Assembly: GCF_036365525.1 (NCBI RefSeq)
Contig: NW_027141363.1
Coordinates: 62,001-126,000, forward strand
Direction: 5' to 3'
DNA from: Heterodontus francisci
Taxonomy: Eukaryota
DNA: 64,000 nt
The position numbers and the translations under genes are program-made. Under the pieces are notes generated by a model. That model was given only the letters and a program-made list of their open reading frames with translations. It had not been told where the DNA came from and searched no databases. Shown in pieces: positions 1 to 12,344 of this stretch. The first letter of the stretch is position 1, and every line of letters begins with the position of its first letter.

Positions 1-344
1 TGCCAGGCCAGGATCGATGGGCTGAATGGCCTGGATTTGACCTGCATGACACGATGACCCAATAAGACCCGTCAGCCTGCTGCCTTGTTTCGGGGCCAAG
101 ACAGTTTTATTTCACCCCCTTCTGCTAAACGGGAGTTATAGGGTTAAGTTCTTCACCGCACTGAACTCCAGTCATTGTGAAAATTCTTCACTGTCACTGG
201 GTCAAAATCCTGAAACTCCCTTCCTAACAGCACTGTGGGTTTACCTACCCTACATGACTGCAGTGGTTCAAGAAGGCAGCTCAGCACCACCTTCTCAATT
301 AGACGATTAGGGATGGACAATAAATGCTGACCACAACCAAAATC

Positions 345-710
345 TCATGAATGAAATAAAAAAGAGAAAATAACCTCAGCAGGGGGGAAAAAACTCCAAA
401 AAATACAACAACATGAAAAACCAAATTGAACAACAACTGAAGCAGGGAAGGAAACAAGTACAACAAAAACCTCAGCAGGGAAAACACCAACAAACACAAC
501 AACGACCTCAAAAGGAAAACAACGCCAACAAATTCAACAACAGATCAGCAGGAGATTCAAACACCAACAAATTCAACAACAGATCAGCAGAAGATTCAAG
601 CACTAACAAATTCAACAACCTCAGTCGGAGAAAAGCACCAGCAAATACAACAACAAATACAACAACAACTTCAGCAGCAGATCTATACCAACAAATGCAA
701 CAGCAACTAC
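345..710 (+). repeat. CAA-rich degenerate satellite (~33-39 bp unit)
   Basis: Repeated aacaccaacaaattcaacaac...cagcagg. Confidence 0.8.
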
Positions 711-865
711 TGGCAGCCAATGGTAGAGAGCGGGGCGTGGTAGGAAGGTAGGAAGGTGTTGGACAAACCTGAATCACTTGCTTGAGTCTTCATGTGGCTT
801 CTCACAAGACTCAACTCTCTTCTTTCCACTGATTTCCCAATTGCAGGATAAGCTTCCAGTGGAAG

Positions 866-1358
866 ATGTATCTGTTACTGAGTCTCATGGTCTTATTTCA
901 AAGTAAGGGATCTTTCTCACCTCCACCCCACACCCCCATTGTTTGTGTTAACAGCTCTCTTTCTTATTTTCTTTCTCTCTATCTTTCTCTCCTTCCTTCA
1001 TTCTTCACATCCCAGATTGTCCCTGTTCACTGACCTTCTTCTCTCCCGGTCTCTTCCTTCAGGCGCGATCTCAGCGAGGGTCCGCCAGACTCCCACCGCC
1101 GTCTCCAGATTTCCTGGGGAGGGAGTGGGACTGGAGTGCCGTGTGGAGGGCCAGAGTAGCGGTTACATGTTCTGGTACAGACAGGACCTGGGGAAGGAGC
1201 TGCGGCTGATGTTTTACTCCGCAGTTACACCAAGTGTGAACTCAGAGGGGACGGTGGAGGGTTTCACTGCCAAACGACCGACTGGTTCCCAGTTCAACCT
1301 GGAGTCCTCCAGCCTGCAGGAGAATCGCTCGGCGCTGTATTTCTGTGCCTGGAGTCTG
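866..1358 (+). CDS. TRBV: TCR V segment V1 (TRBV30/Trbv31-like); leader exon 866-902, intron 903-1062, V exon 1063-1358; apparently functional
   Basis: Leader ATG...MYLLLSLMVLFQ A|gtaagg; polypyrimidine tract+AG at 1061-1062; phase-1 join gives S-AISARVRQTP; Ig V-set Cys (LEC), WYRQ, YFCAWSL; followed directly by a 23-RSS. Confidence 0.92.
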
Positions 1359-1397
1359 CACAGTGACTCAGAGAGATGGAGCAGTTCAACAAAAACA
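1359..1397 (+). other. 23-bp-spacer recombination signal sequence (RSS) of V1
   Basis: CACAGTG (1359-1365) + 23 nt + ACAAAAACA (1389-1397). Confidence 0.95.
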
Positions 1398-1489
1398 CCA
1401 ACAGAAACACCTGTTTCAGATAAAAGCCTGCAGCTCTGTATCCTGTTGGGTTTATCTACTGCAGTGTGAACATGTCTTCGACATGAAGA

Positions 1490-1985
1490 AGACACAGAAA
1501 GATGTTCAAGGATGATATCAGAACTGAGAGGTTATAATGATCAGGAAAAGACTGAATAGACTGGGGCTCTTTTCTCCAGAAAAGAGAAGGCTGAGGAGTG
1601 ACCTGATAGAGCTCTTTAAGATTATGAAACGGGTTTTGATCACATTATTGTGGAGAAGATTTTTTCCATTTGCAGGTGAGACCAGAAAAAGGGGGAGGGG
1701 TCATCAATATAAGACAGTCACCAATAAATCCAATTTGGAATTCGGGAGAAACATCTTCACCCAGAGAGTGGGGAGAATGTGGAACTCATTACCACAGGCT
1801 GAGAGGAATAGGCAAGATGTATTTAAGCTTGGGGGGATGGGGAAGCTGCATCGGACATGAGGGAGAGAGGAACAGAAGGAGATGCGGCTGGGGGCGAGAT
1901 GAAGAGGGCGTGGAACGATGTTCGTGTGGACCAAAAAGGCCTACATGGACGTGTCTGGCCGAATGGTCTGTTTCTGTGCTGTAAA
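1490..1985 (+). mobile_element. CR1 LINE 3' fragment (degenerate); boundaries approximate
   Basis: RLNRLGLFSPEKRRLRSDLIE...FTQRVGRMWNSLP; ggccgaatggtctgtttctgtgctgta tail. Confidence 0.8.
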
Positions 1986-2059
1986 TTCCCTGCAGCTGGA
2001 GCGAGGAGCAGGAACACCAACACTGTGGGACTAGTCAGTGGAGCTGGGGAACTGACTCC

Positions 2060-2400
2060 TGGGTGAGGAGCAGCTTTTCTTTGTGATCCTCATCTAAACC
2101 TGTCACAATCTTGCACACCTCTATCAGGTCTCCACTCAATCTCATTTTCTCCAGGTTTTCCAACCTAACCTTGTAACTAAAATCCCCCATCCCTGGAACC
2201 ATTCTGGTAAATCTCCTCTGCACCCTCTCAAGGAAACTCACCTCCTTCCTAAAGTGTGGTGACCAGAACTGGATGCAATTGTCCAGTTGTGGCCTAACTA
2301 GAGCTTTATAAAGATTCAGCATAACTTCCCATATTTTGTAGGCTCTGCCGCTATTTATGAAGCCCAAGATCTCACAGTTTTGCTAATCTCATATGTTTTG
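2060..2400 (-). mobile_element. CR1 LINE fragment
   Basis: LYKALVRPQLDNCIQFWSPH...LERVQRRFTRM. Confidence 0.8.
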
Positions 2401-2514
2401 CTATTCCCATATTCTTTGCGACTGTTTCGAAGTACAGCCACTGCTGTAATGCAGGAAGTGTGGCAGCCAGTTTCTACAAGGCAAGATCCCACGAACAGAC
2501 AACGTGCAGAGCCT

Positions 2515-3200
2515 GCTGAGGTTGTTGTTGAATTTGTTGTTTTTTTCTCCAGCTGAAGTTGTTGTTGACTTTGTTGGTGTTTTTCCTGTTGAAGTTGTTG
2601 TTGCATTTGTTGCTTTTTTTCCTGTTGAGGTTGTTGTTGAATTTTTTGGTGTTTTTCCTGTTGAGGTTGTTATTGAAATTGTTGGTGTTTTTCTCCTGCT
2701 GAAGTTGTTGTTGAATTTGTTGATGTTTTTCCTGTTGAAGTTGTTGTTGAATTTGATGGTGTTTTCCCTGTTGAGGTTGTTGTTTTGAATTTGTTGTTGT
2801 TTTCTCCTGCTGAAGTTATTGTTGAATTTGTTGGTGTTTTTCTTGTTGTTGAATTTGTTGGTGCTTTTCCTCTTGAGGTTGTTGTTGAATTTGTTGGTGT
2901 TTTTCTCCTGCTAAAGTTGTTGTTGACTTTGTTGGTGTTTTTCTCCTGTTGAAGTTGTTGTTGATTTTATTCGTACTTTATTTTTCTCCTGTTAAAGTTA
3001 TTGCTGAGCTTGTTCGTGGGTTATTTTTCTGGTGCAGTTGTTTTTGTATTTTTTCCTGTTTGTCTCCTTCTAAATTTGATGTTGAATCTATTGGTGTTTT
3101 TTCTCGATGTTGTTGTTTTTCTCCTGAAGTTATTGTTGAATTTGTTGGTGTTTTTCCTGTTGAGGTTGTTGCTGAATGTTTTGGTGTTTTTCCGTGTTTA
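2515..3200 (-). repeat. TTG-rich satellite, reverse complement of the 345-710 satellite
   Basis: Repeated cctgctgaagttgttgttgaatttgttggtgtttt. Confidence 0.85.
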
Positions 3201-3569
3201 ACGTGTTTTTAACGTGTTTGACTCCCTGACCACCCGGTGTGATTGTAAATCTGATTGTAAACTGTGTCTTTAAAGTTTTATTGCAGTCTCTGTCTGCTCA
3301 ACACATCTATGAACGCTGAACATGACCGTCTCAAGAAGGTTTTGATTTTGCTGGAATGACTTTCCCATCTGATCATGGAAATCCAGTGTTTTTGTTCTGG
3401 GAGGGAACACTCACTCTTAAATGATTGCTGAGGGATGGGATCAGAAGGGATGTGACTGTGCATGGTGGGTCTGCCCAGCATTCCCCAAACCTCGTGCTGC
3501 TCCATTCTTTTCTGGTCAGTGCTTCCACCCTGGATAATCCAGCTCACTCAAATCCTGACAGAGGAAAAT

Positions 3570-4170
3570 GAGAAATCCTGGCAGCAGGAATGGGCCATTC
3601 GGCCCATTCAAGCTTGTTCCGCCATTCAGGGAGATCATGGATCATCTACAACTTATTTCCATTTGCCCATCTGGGTTCCATATCATGTAATACCCTCACC
3701 TAACATCAATCTAGCAAGCTCTGCTTTGTAATGTCTGATTAACCCCCCTCACACCCCCATCTGTAGAGCTTTTGAGGGAGAGAATTCCAGATTTCCACTA
3801 CCAGCTGTGTGAACCAGCGTTTCCTGACATCACTCCTGAACAGCCCCACCCCACCTTGCCCTGGACTCCCCCAGCAGAGGAAATTGTTTCTGTCCATTAA
3901 CACCATCGAATCCTTTAACCATCCTAAATATTTCAATGAGATCACCCTTTAATCTCCTACACTTAAGAGAATATAACATTAGGCCATGCAAACTGTGAAG
4001 CTAATTTAACCCTTTTAGACCTGGTGTCATTACCTCCAAGGCTGAGACATCCTTCCTGAGTTTTGATGCACAGAACTGAACATGGTTTCTCCAGAAGGGG
4101 TCTAATCTGAGCTGCATACAACAGTAACACAACATCCAGCGCTTTCTATTCCAGCCCCCTTGAGGGAAAA
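3570..4170 (-). mobile_element. Degenerate CR1 3' fragment
   Basis: FTQLVVEIWNSLP-like translation on - strand and CR1-type tail. Confidence 0.6.
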
Positions 4171-4404
4171 GGGACAATACTCTTTGTTGTAATAGTTACT
4201 TAATGTTTTAATTATTTGACCTGGAAACGAACCTGCAGAAAGGTTATTTCAATGAGCAGGAGGTCGCTCTGTGGAACAGGGTCCCAGGGAGACGCTGGAG
4301 GCAGATATTACCTGCACATTAGAGAGATTTCACTCAGGGATACAGTTACAGTGTAAGCTGAGTCATGAGGGGTGGTGAGTGTAACATGTTCAGGAGGAAC
4401 AGGG

Positions 4405-4820
4405 GAATTCAACAACTACTTCAGGATGGGGGAAAAGAACAACAAATACAACAACGTCAGGAGCAGAAAGACACCAACAAATTCAACAACTTCTTCAGGA
4501 GAATTAAAAACAAACATCACAACAACTTCAACAGGAAGATTACACCAACAAATCCAACAACAACTTCAGGAAGCAATCACCAACAAATCCAGCAACATTA
4601 GGGGAAGCGGGGAGGAAAAAAACAACTACTATTCTCACAACGTCAGCAGGGGAAACACCTGCAACTTCACCAACAACTTTAGGGAAGTACATCAAGCAAT
4701 GCAGCAGCAACTTCAGCTGGGCAAAGACACCAACAGGTTCAACAACAACTTCAGTGAAAAAAACAACAAATACAGCAACAACTTCAGCAGGGGAAAAACA
4801 CTAACAAATTGAACAACATC
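4405..4820 (+). repeat. CAA-rich satellite (third block)
   Basis: Same unit as 345-710. Confidence 0.75.
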
Positions 4821-4999
4821 AGAAGGGGGTAAAACACTGACAAATGGGGAAATTGCACAACTTGTTGAGGTTGATGGGAATTCGTTCACAAAAGCTCCGA
4901 GTATCTGATCAGACCTGGATGATGTAATTGTTGCAAACAAAGCCCATTTCAGCCTCAATGTGGAAAGGGGAGAGGGAGATTCATAAAAGGGGCTCAAAG

Positions 5000-6540
5000 A
5001 TCTTCTACCAGCACGTAAATAGTAAGTGAGTAGTAAGAGGTAAAGAGGGGTCAAGTAAGGACGGAGAGAGTAATATGTGCTTTGAGGCACAGGGCAAAGC
5101 TAATATACTTAATGAGAACTTTGTATCAGTGTTCCCGAAGGAACTGGAGGCTGAAAATTATCTGTAGAAGCAGAGAGAGTAGAGGCAATGGATAGGATAA
5201 CAATTGAGAGCTGGTACTAAAAGGGCTGGCTATGCTTTGGGTGGATAAGTCACCTGGTTCAGATAACTTGCATCACAGGTTGTGAAAGGAAGTGGGGGGT
5301 AGAGATAGAAGAAGGGCTTGCCGTCATCTTCAAATCTTCCCTGGTTATGGGGGAGGTGCCAGAGACGACAGAGTGGCAAACCCTTATTCAAGAAAGGGTG
5401 TAAGGACAGTCCGAGCAACTACAGGCCACTTAGTTTAACATCAGTGATGGGTTTGGTTCTAGAAACAATAATCAGAGAAAAATCAATAGACGGTTGGAGA
5501 GGTTCGAGTTTAATTAAGGGTAGCCAGCATGGATTTTCAAAAGGCTGAACATTATTGACTAATCTAATTGAATTCTTTGATGAAGCAACAGAGAAGGTCG
5601 ATGGAGTGAATGTGGTGGATGTTGTTTATGTGGATTTTAAGAAAGCGTTTGACAAGGTACCCCATAAAATGCTGGTTAACACAACTGAGGCTCATGGATG
5701 AGAGGGTCAGTGTTCAATTGGGTGAAAAAGTGCCGTCAGGACAGGAAACAGCGAATCGTAGTAAATGGTTGCTTTTTTGACTGAGGGATGGTAGTCACTG
5801 GTGTTCCCCCATGGGTCAGTGCTGGGACCACTGCTTTTTCTGCAACATATAAATGACTTGGATCTTGAAATACAGAGCAGAATCTCAAAATTTGCTCTCC
5901 ACACCAAACCTGGAGGTGCAGCAAACAGTGAAGATGATATGAACTGCCTGGATCAGGTCATAGATAGACGAGCAGAATGGGCAGAAAGGTGACCAATGGA
6001 ATTTCATTCTGACAAGTGTGAGGTGATGCATTTTAGCAGAAGGAATAGGGAGAGACAATATATACTTAATGGCACAGTTGTAAAGAGTGTGCAGGGACAG
6101 AGGGACCTGGGGGTGTATGTGCACACATCTTTGAAAATGGCAGGACATAGTGAGAGCTTGGTTAGGAAAGCATGTGGGATCTTGGGCTTCATAAATAAAG
6201 GCATTGGGTACAGATAACTCAGACAAGGAAAACTGGTTCCCATTAACTAATGGTACAATAAGGAGGTTGAAGGTTTGGGTTAGAGATGCAGGGAATATAA
6301 GGAAGAATTTTATTTGCACTAAGGGTGTTAATGACCTGGAACTCACTGCCCACAGGATGGTGGAAGCGGAGATGATCAATGACTTCAAGAGATAGTCGGA
6401 TAGCCACCTGAGAGAAATAGACTTACAGGGCTACAGGGATCGAGCCAGGGGAGTGCACTGATTGCACAGCACCGTGGAGAGCCAGCATGGACCCGATGTT
6501 CCGAATGGCCTTCTTCAGTGCCGTAAATGACTCGATGACT
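5000..6540 (+). mobile_element. Degenerate CR1 LINE (RT region to 3' tail)
   Basis: NYRPLSLTSV, PHGSVLGPLLF, KCEVMHF motifs with stops and frameshifts. Confidence 0.85.
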
Positions 6541-7409
6541 CCTTCAAAAGAAGCAACCCTTGACTCCTCTGTCCTTACAAAATACTGACCCATCTCCAAC
6601 CTCCCTTTCCTCTCCGAAATCCTGGAACAAGCTGTGCCCAGCTTTCCCAGAATTCCATGTTTGAATCCATCAGCCCCTAGCTATGGTTCTGATATTAATC
6701 CCAGCCATATCAGTAATGGGTCAGTATTTGACAATAGCCTATCAATAACTCCCTCAGATATACAGATTAATGCTTCGAGAAATACACCCTTGGCAATGTT
6801 TGACTTGAAATTTAAATACAGAGCCCATCGCAGTCCCATCACTGTCCCAATGTTAGGGTGTGACCAGCAGTCAGTCTCTGGTCCATTGATAGCTGGGCAG
6901 AGGCTTCACAATGTCACATTTCCTGATTACACAGCGACTCTCACAGCTCTCTCCCTCTCTCTCTCTCTCCCTCTCTGGCTGTCTTCACTCTTGTTTGCCT
7001 ATGTACCTGAATATGTACCGGTGCCTTTTCGGGAGATCCTATCTGTGCCTCTGATCTAAACAGTCCATTGTCCTCAGTCTGTGAGACTCATCTGACTGGC
7101 ACGACATCAGTACTGGGTCATATTGTGGCAATGTGCTCTGTATCCTCTCAGATTAATGGACACTGAGTATCCGACAGAAAATATTCACAGGATAAATACC
7201 TCCCATATCAGTAATGTGTCAGTATTGAGCAATAGGCTGTGTATATTAGAACATAAATGGACACTGAGTGTCCCAGACAGATCATTCTCACGATAAATTG
7301 CTTCAATATGTCAGCAACCGTCCAGGACCCCAAACTCTCCTTCCAGGTGAAACAGCGATTCACTTGGACTTTCAATTTCAAATAGAAAGAGGGAATTATT
7401 GACAGAAGA

Positions 7410-7913
7410 TTTTATAACACCCTCATGACGACCCGCCAAAGTGCTTTGCAGCCAATGAAATGCTTGTTTTGCTGCAGTGCAGTCACTGTTGTAATGTAAG
7501 AATCATGGCAGCTGATTTGTGCACAGCAAGCTCCCACAAACAGCAATGTGAGAATGACCAGGTAATCTGTTTTAATGACGTTGATGGAGGGATAATTATT
7601 GGCCAGGACACCAAGGAGAACTCCCCTGCTGTTCTTCAAAATAGTCCAATGGGATCGTTTATATCCACGGGAGTAAGAGGATGGAGTCTCTGTTTAATGT
7701 GACATCTGAAAGAGGGCATCCTGACAGTGCAGCACTCACTCAGTACTGACCCTCTGACAGTGCAGCACTCACTCAGTACAGACCCTCTGACAGTGCAGCA
7801 CTCCCTCAGTACTGCCCCTCTGAAAGTGCAGCGCTCCCTCAGTACTGACGCTCCGACAATGTAACATTCCCTCAGTACTGACCTTCCAACAGTGCAGCAC
7901 TCCCTCAGTACTG
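7410..7913 (-). mobile_element. Deu-domain SINE (SacSINE/AmnSINE-like) with ~33-bp tandem array at 7720-7913
   Basis: gcacagcaagctcccacaaacagcaatgtgagaatgaccag Deu core; repeated tgacagtgcagcactccctcagtactgaccctc. Confidence 0.7.
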
Positions 7914-8413
7914 AAAATAACTTTCCTTTCAGTGCAGCAGCTTTTTCGGGAGCAGAGTGTGAGCGAGTGAGCAGCTGGGAAAGTCAGTTTGAAAGTAAAT
8001 TTAAAATCCCTTTGTTTTTCGGCGGAGGCCGGGGGCTGCTGGGTAAGTAAAACACTATATATTTGGGCGGTTTAAAATAACTTTCCTTTCAGTGCAGCAG
8101 CTTTTTCGGGAGCAGAGTGTGAGCGAGTGAGCAGCTGGGAAAGTCAGTTTGAAAGTAAATTTAATTTCCTTTTGTTTTTCGGCGGAGGCCAGGGGGCTGC
8201 TGGGTAAGTAAAACACTATATATTTGGGCGGTTTCTGAACCCGAGATACCACACTTGTAGTGTCTCCCACCCGCCCTCCTCCTCTAACCAAAAAAAAAGG
8301 ACTCGGTGGGGTGTTTATAAGGTAAGGCTTTTTCGATTTCTCTGGTTTTATTGTGATTGGTAAAAACTTTTCGTTCCTTTTTCATTTAACTAAGTTTAAA
8401 CTTTAGATTAAAA

Positions 8414-9361
8414 ATGGCAGGAGATCTCAGACCCGTATCATGCTCCTCTTGCTCAATGTGGGAGCTCAGGGACATGGCTGATGACCCTGACTCCTTCACG
8501 TGCAGGAAGTGTGTCCAGCTGCAGCTCTTGTTAGACCGCATGACGGCTCTCGAGCTGCGGATGGACTCACTTTGGAGCATGCGCGATGCTGAGGAGGTCG
8601 TGGATAGCACGTTTAGTGAATTGGTCACACCGCATTTTAGGATTGCTGAGGGAGAAAGGGAATGGGTGACCAAAAGGCAGAGAAAGAGCAGGAAGGCAGC
8701 TCAGGAGTCCCCTGCGGTCATCTCCCTCCAAAACAAGTATACCGTTTTGGATACTGTTGAGGGAGATGGCTCACCAGGGGAAGGCAGCAGTAGCCAGGTC
8801 CATGGCACCGTGGCTGGCTCTGCTATTCAGAAGGGCGGGAAAAAGAGTGGAAGGGCTATAGTCGTAGGGGATTCGATTGTAAGGGGAGTAGATAGGCGGT
8901 TCTGTGGTCGAAAACGAGGCTCCCGAATGGTATGTTGCCTCCCAGGTGCACGGGTCAGGGACGTCTCAGATCGGCTGCAGAACATTCTAAAGGGGGAGGG
9001 TGAACAGCCAGTTGTCATTGTGCACATAGGCACTAATGATATAGGTAAAAAACGGGATGAGGTCCTATAAGCAGAGTTTAGGGAGTTAGGAGCCAAGTTA
9101 AAAAGTAGGACCTCAGAGGTAGTAATCTCAGGATTACTACCAGTGCCACGTGATCGTCAGAGTAAAAATGAAAGAATAGTCAGGATGAATGCGTGGCTTG
9201 AGAGATGGTGCAGGAAGGAGGGGTTCAGATTTTTGGGACATTGGGACCAGTTCTGGGGGAGGTGGGACTATTACAAATTGGACGGTCTACACCTGGGCCG
9301 GACTGGAACCAATGTCCTTGGAGGTGCTTTTGCTAACGCTGTTGGGGAGGGTTTAAACTAA
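8414..9361 (+). pseudogene. CR1 ORF1: zinc finger + SGNH/GDSL esterase; one in-frame TAA at 9068-9070
   Basis: CxxC...CxxC; VVGDS, HIGTND, DGLHL catalytic motifs. Confidence 0.88.
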
Positions 9362-11268
9362 TGTGGCAGGGGGATGGGAACCAATTGAGGTCAGTTGACA
9401 GTAAGGAGGTAGTAACAAAAGCCTGTAAGGAACTAGATAATGAAGTCAGTGTGACTAAGGGGAAGAGCAGGCAGGGAGCAGATGATGAATATAAAGGGAC
9501 TGGTGGTCTGAGGTGCATTTGTTTTAATGCAAGAAGTGTAGTAGGTAAGGCAGATGAACTTAGGGCTTGGATTAGTACCTGGGAGTATGATGTTATTGCT
9601 ATTACTGAGACTTGGTTGAGGGAAGGGCATGATTGGCAACTAAATATCCCAGGATATCGATGCTTCAGGCGGGATAGAGAGGGAGGTAAAAGGGGTGGAG
9701 GAGTTGCATTACTGGTCAAAGAGGATATCACAGCTGTGCTGAAGGAGGGCACTATGGAGGACTCGAGCAGTGAGGCAATATGGACAGAACTCAGAAATAG
9801 GAAGGGTGCGGTAACAATGTTGGGGCTGTACTACAGGCCTCCCAACAGCGAGCGTGAGATAGAGGTACAAATATGTAAACAGATTATGGAAAGATGTAGG
9901 AGCAACAGGGTGGTGGTGATAGGAGATTTTAATTTTCCCAACATTGACTGGGATTCGCTTAGTGTTAGAGGTCCAGATGGAGCAGAATTTGTAAGGAGCA
10001 TCCAGGAGGGTTTTCTAGAGCAGTATGTAAATAGTCCAACTCGGGAAGGGGCCATACTGGACCTGGTGTTGGGGAATGAGCCCGGCCAGGTTGTTGAAGT
10101 TTCAGTAGGGGACTACTTTGGGAATAGTGATCACAATTCCGTAAGCTTTAAAATACTCATGGACAAAGACGAGAGTGGTCCTAAAGGAAGAGTGCTAAAT
10201 TGGGGGAAGGCCAACTATACCAAAATTCGGCAGGAGCTGGGAAATGTAGATTGGGAGCAGCTGTTTGAAGGTAAATCCACATGTGATATGTGGGAGGCTT
10301 TTAAAGAGAGGTTGATTAGCGTGCAGGAGAGACATGTTCCTGTGAAAATGAGGGATAGAAATGGCAAGATTAGGGAACCATGGATGACAGGTGAAATTGT
10401 GAGACTAGCTAAGAGGAAAAGGAAGCATACATAAGGTCTCGGCGGCTGATGAAAGACGAAGCTTTGAAAGAATATCGGGAATGTAGGACCAATCTGAAAC
10501 GAGGAATTAAGAGGGCTAAAAGGGGTCATGAAATATCTTTAGCAAACAGGGTTAAGGAAAATCCCAAAGCCTTTTATTCATATATAAGGAGAATGAGGGT
10601 AACTAGAGAAAGGATTGGCCCACTAAAGGACAAAGGAGGAATGTTATGCTTGGACTCAGAGAAAATGGGTGAGATTCTAAACGAGTACTTTGCATCGGTA
10701 TTCACCGAGGAGAGGGACATGACGGATGTTGAGGTTAGGAACAGATGTTTGATTACTCTAGGTCAAGTCGGCATAAGGAGGGAGGAAGTGTTGGGTATTC
10801 TAAAGGGCATTAAGGTGGACAAGTCCCCAGGTCCGGATGGGATCTATCCCAGGTTACTGAGGGAAGCGAGCGAGGAAATAGCTGGGGCCTTAACAGATAT
10901 CTTTGCAGCATCCTTAAACACGGGTGAGGTCCCGGAGGACTGGAGAATTGCTAATGTTGTCCCCTTGTTTAAGAAGGGTAGCAGGGATAATCCAGGTAAT
11001 TATAGACCGGTGAGCCTGACGTCAGTGGTAGGGAAGATGCTGGAGAAGATACTGAGGGATAGGATCTATTCCCATTTGGAAGAAAATGGGCTCATCAGTG
11101 ATAGGCAACATGGTTTTGTGCAGGGAAGGTCATGTCTTACCAACTTAATAGAATTCTTTGAGGAAGTGACAAAGTTGATTGATGAGGGAAGGGCTGTCGA
11201 TGTCATATACATGGACTTCAGTAAGGCGTTTGATAAGGTTCCCCATGGCAGGCTGATGGAGAAAGTGA
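9361..11268 (+). pseudogene. CR1 ORF2: APE endonuclease + N-terminal RT; frameshift at ~10420, truncated
   Basis: FNARS, ITETWL, YYRPP, GDFN, SDH; KSPGPDG, NYRPVSLTS, QHGF, DFSKAFD; one A missing relative to the 25-kb copy. Confidence 0.9.
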
Positions 11269-12344
11269 TAGCTGATGGAGAAAGTGATGGAGAAAGTGAA
11301 AGAGAAAGGAATAGCTTGATGGATGTTTAAAATAGAGGCTATTGCCTCTGGATCTCTCCTGATGTTTCCATCTCCATACCTATCTCCTATATGTTTGTGC
11401 ACACAGCAGTGAAGGATTACATCAAATTCATATATCTTACATTCTCCCTTTCAATCCACCCCAACAATCTCTCTCTCTCTCTCCAACCCTGTCCCTCTCT
11501 ACTGCCCGCTCTCTGTCTGCATATCTAACCCTCTCTCCCTCTGTCTCACTCCTAGTGTCAGAGAGAGCAGGAGGAAGAGACGGAGAGAGGAAGACAGAGA
11601 GAGAATTTAGAAGGAACTGTACTCTCTTCCTAAGCTGAACCTGCACTCGGAGTGTTTGAGGGGCTACATTAATCGGCCGTGTACAGTCCTTTATCTGGCT
11701 GTGAAGAAGCAGAGCATGTTCAGGACTCAACGGGTCAAAGGGAACGATTCACTCCTGTCTGCTACGGGAAAGAGAGACTGACCTTAACATCAATGCCGCG
11801 TTTGACCGAGTGTGACAGCGAGGAGACCGAGTAAAACTGAAGTCAGTGGGAATCTGCTGGTTGGAATTATACTGAGCACAAAGGAAGATGGTTGTGGTTG
11901 TTGGAGGTCAATCATCTCAGTTCCAGGACATCACTGCAGAATAATAGAGACAAGGTAGATGAAAACTTTCTGTCTGCCATAAAAAGTGAAATGGTCAAAC
12001 AATGTTGTTATTGGAGAGGTCTGGCCTCTATCTGATTCCATTCAGACAGACAGACAGATATCAATATAAATGAAGACATATATTTGCCTGGGTTAGAGAT
12101 GGAAGACTGAACATTCCCTTCGGTCTTGTTACTACCTATCAGCAGCTGTGTACAATTTCTAATTGCACTGGTTTGATGTGGGTAATATTTATGTTTGTAA
12201 GGATGGGGTGAATCTTATAACAATCTCCCCGAGATGAAGTGGGATTGAGGGATTGGAGTAAAGGTCAGTAACAGTGCAATGCACTTTACACGACTGAGTA
12301 ACAAACATTGTTGTGTTAAAGTTTAATAAATCACACTTGTGTTG

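Larger units (their letters stand above)
7914..11268 (+). mobile_element. Young CR1 LINE, 5'-complete and 3'-truncated; duplicated 160-bp 5'UTR monomer, ORF1 and partial ORF2
   Basis: 5'UTR repeats starting at 7914 and 8074; ORF1 and ORF2 motifs listed in the next two features; homology ends abruptly at ~11268. Confidence 0.93.

Noticed and set aside
939-1062. Hydrophobic N-terminus of ORF 939-1469
   Set aside because: Pyrimidine-rich intron sequence; the true leader is 866-902
299-4812. Q/N/T-rich and L/V/F-rich short ORFs
   Set aside because: Products of the CAA/TTG satellite
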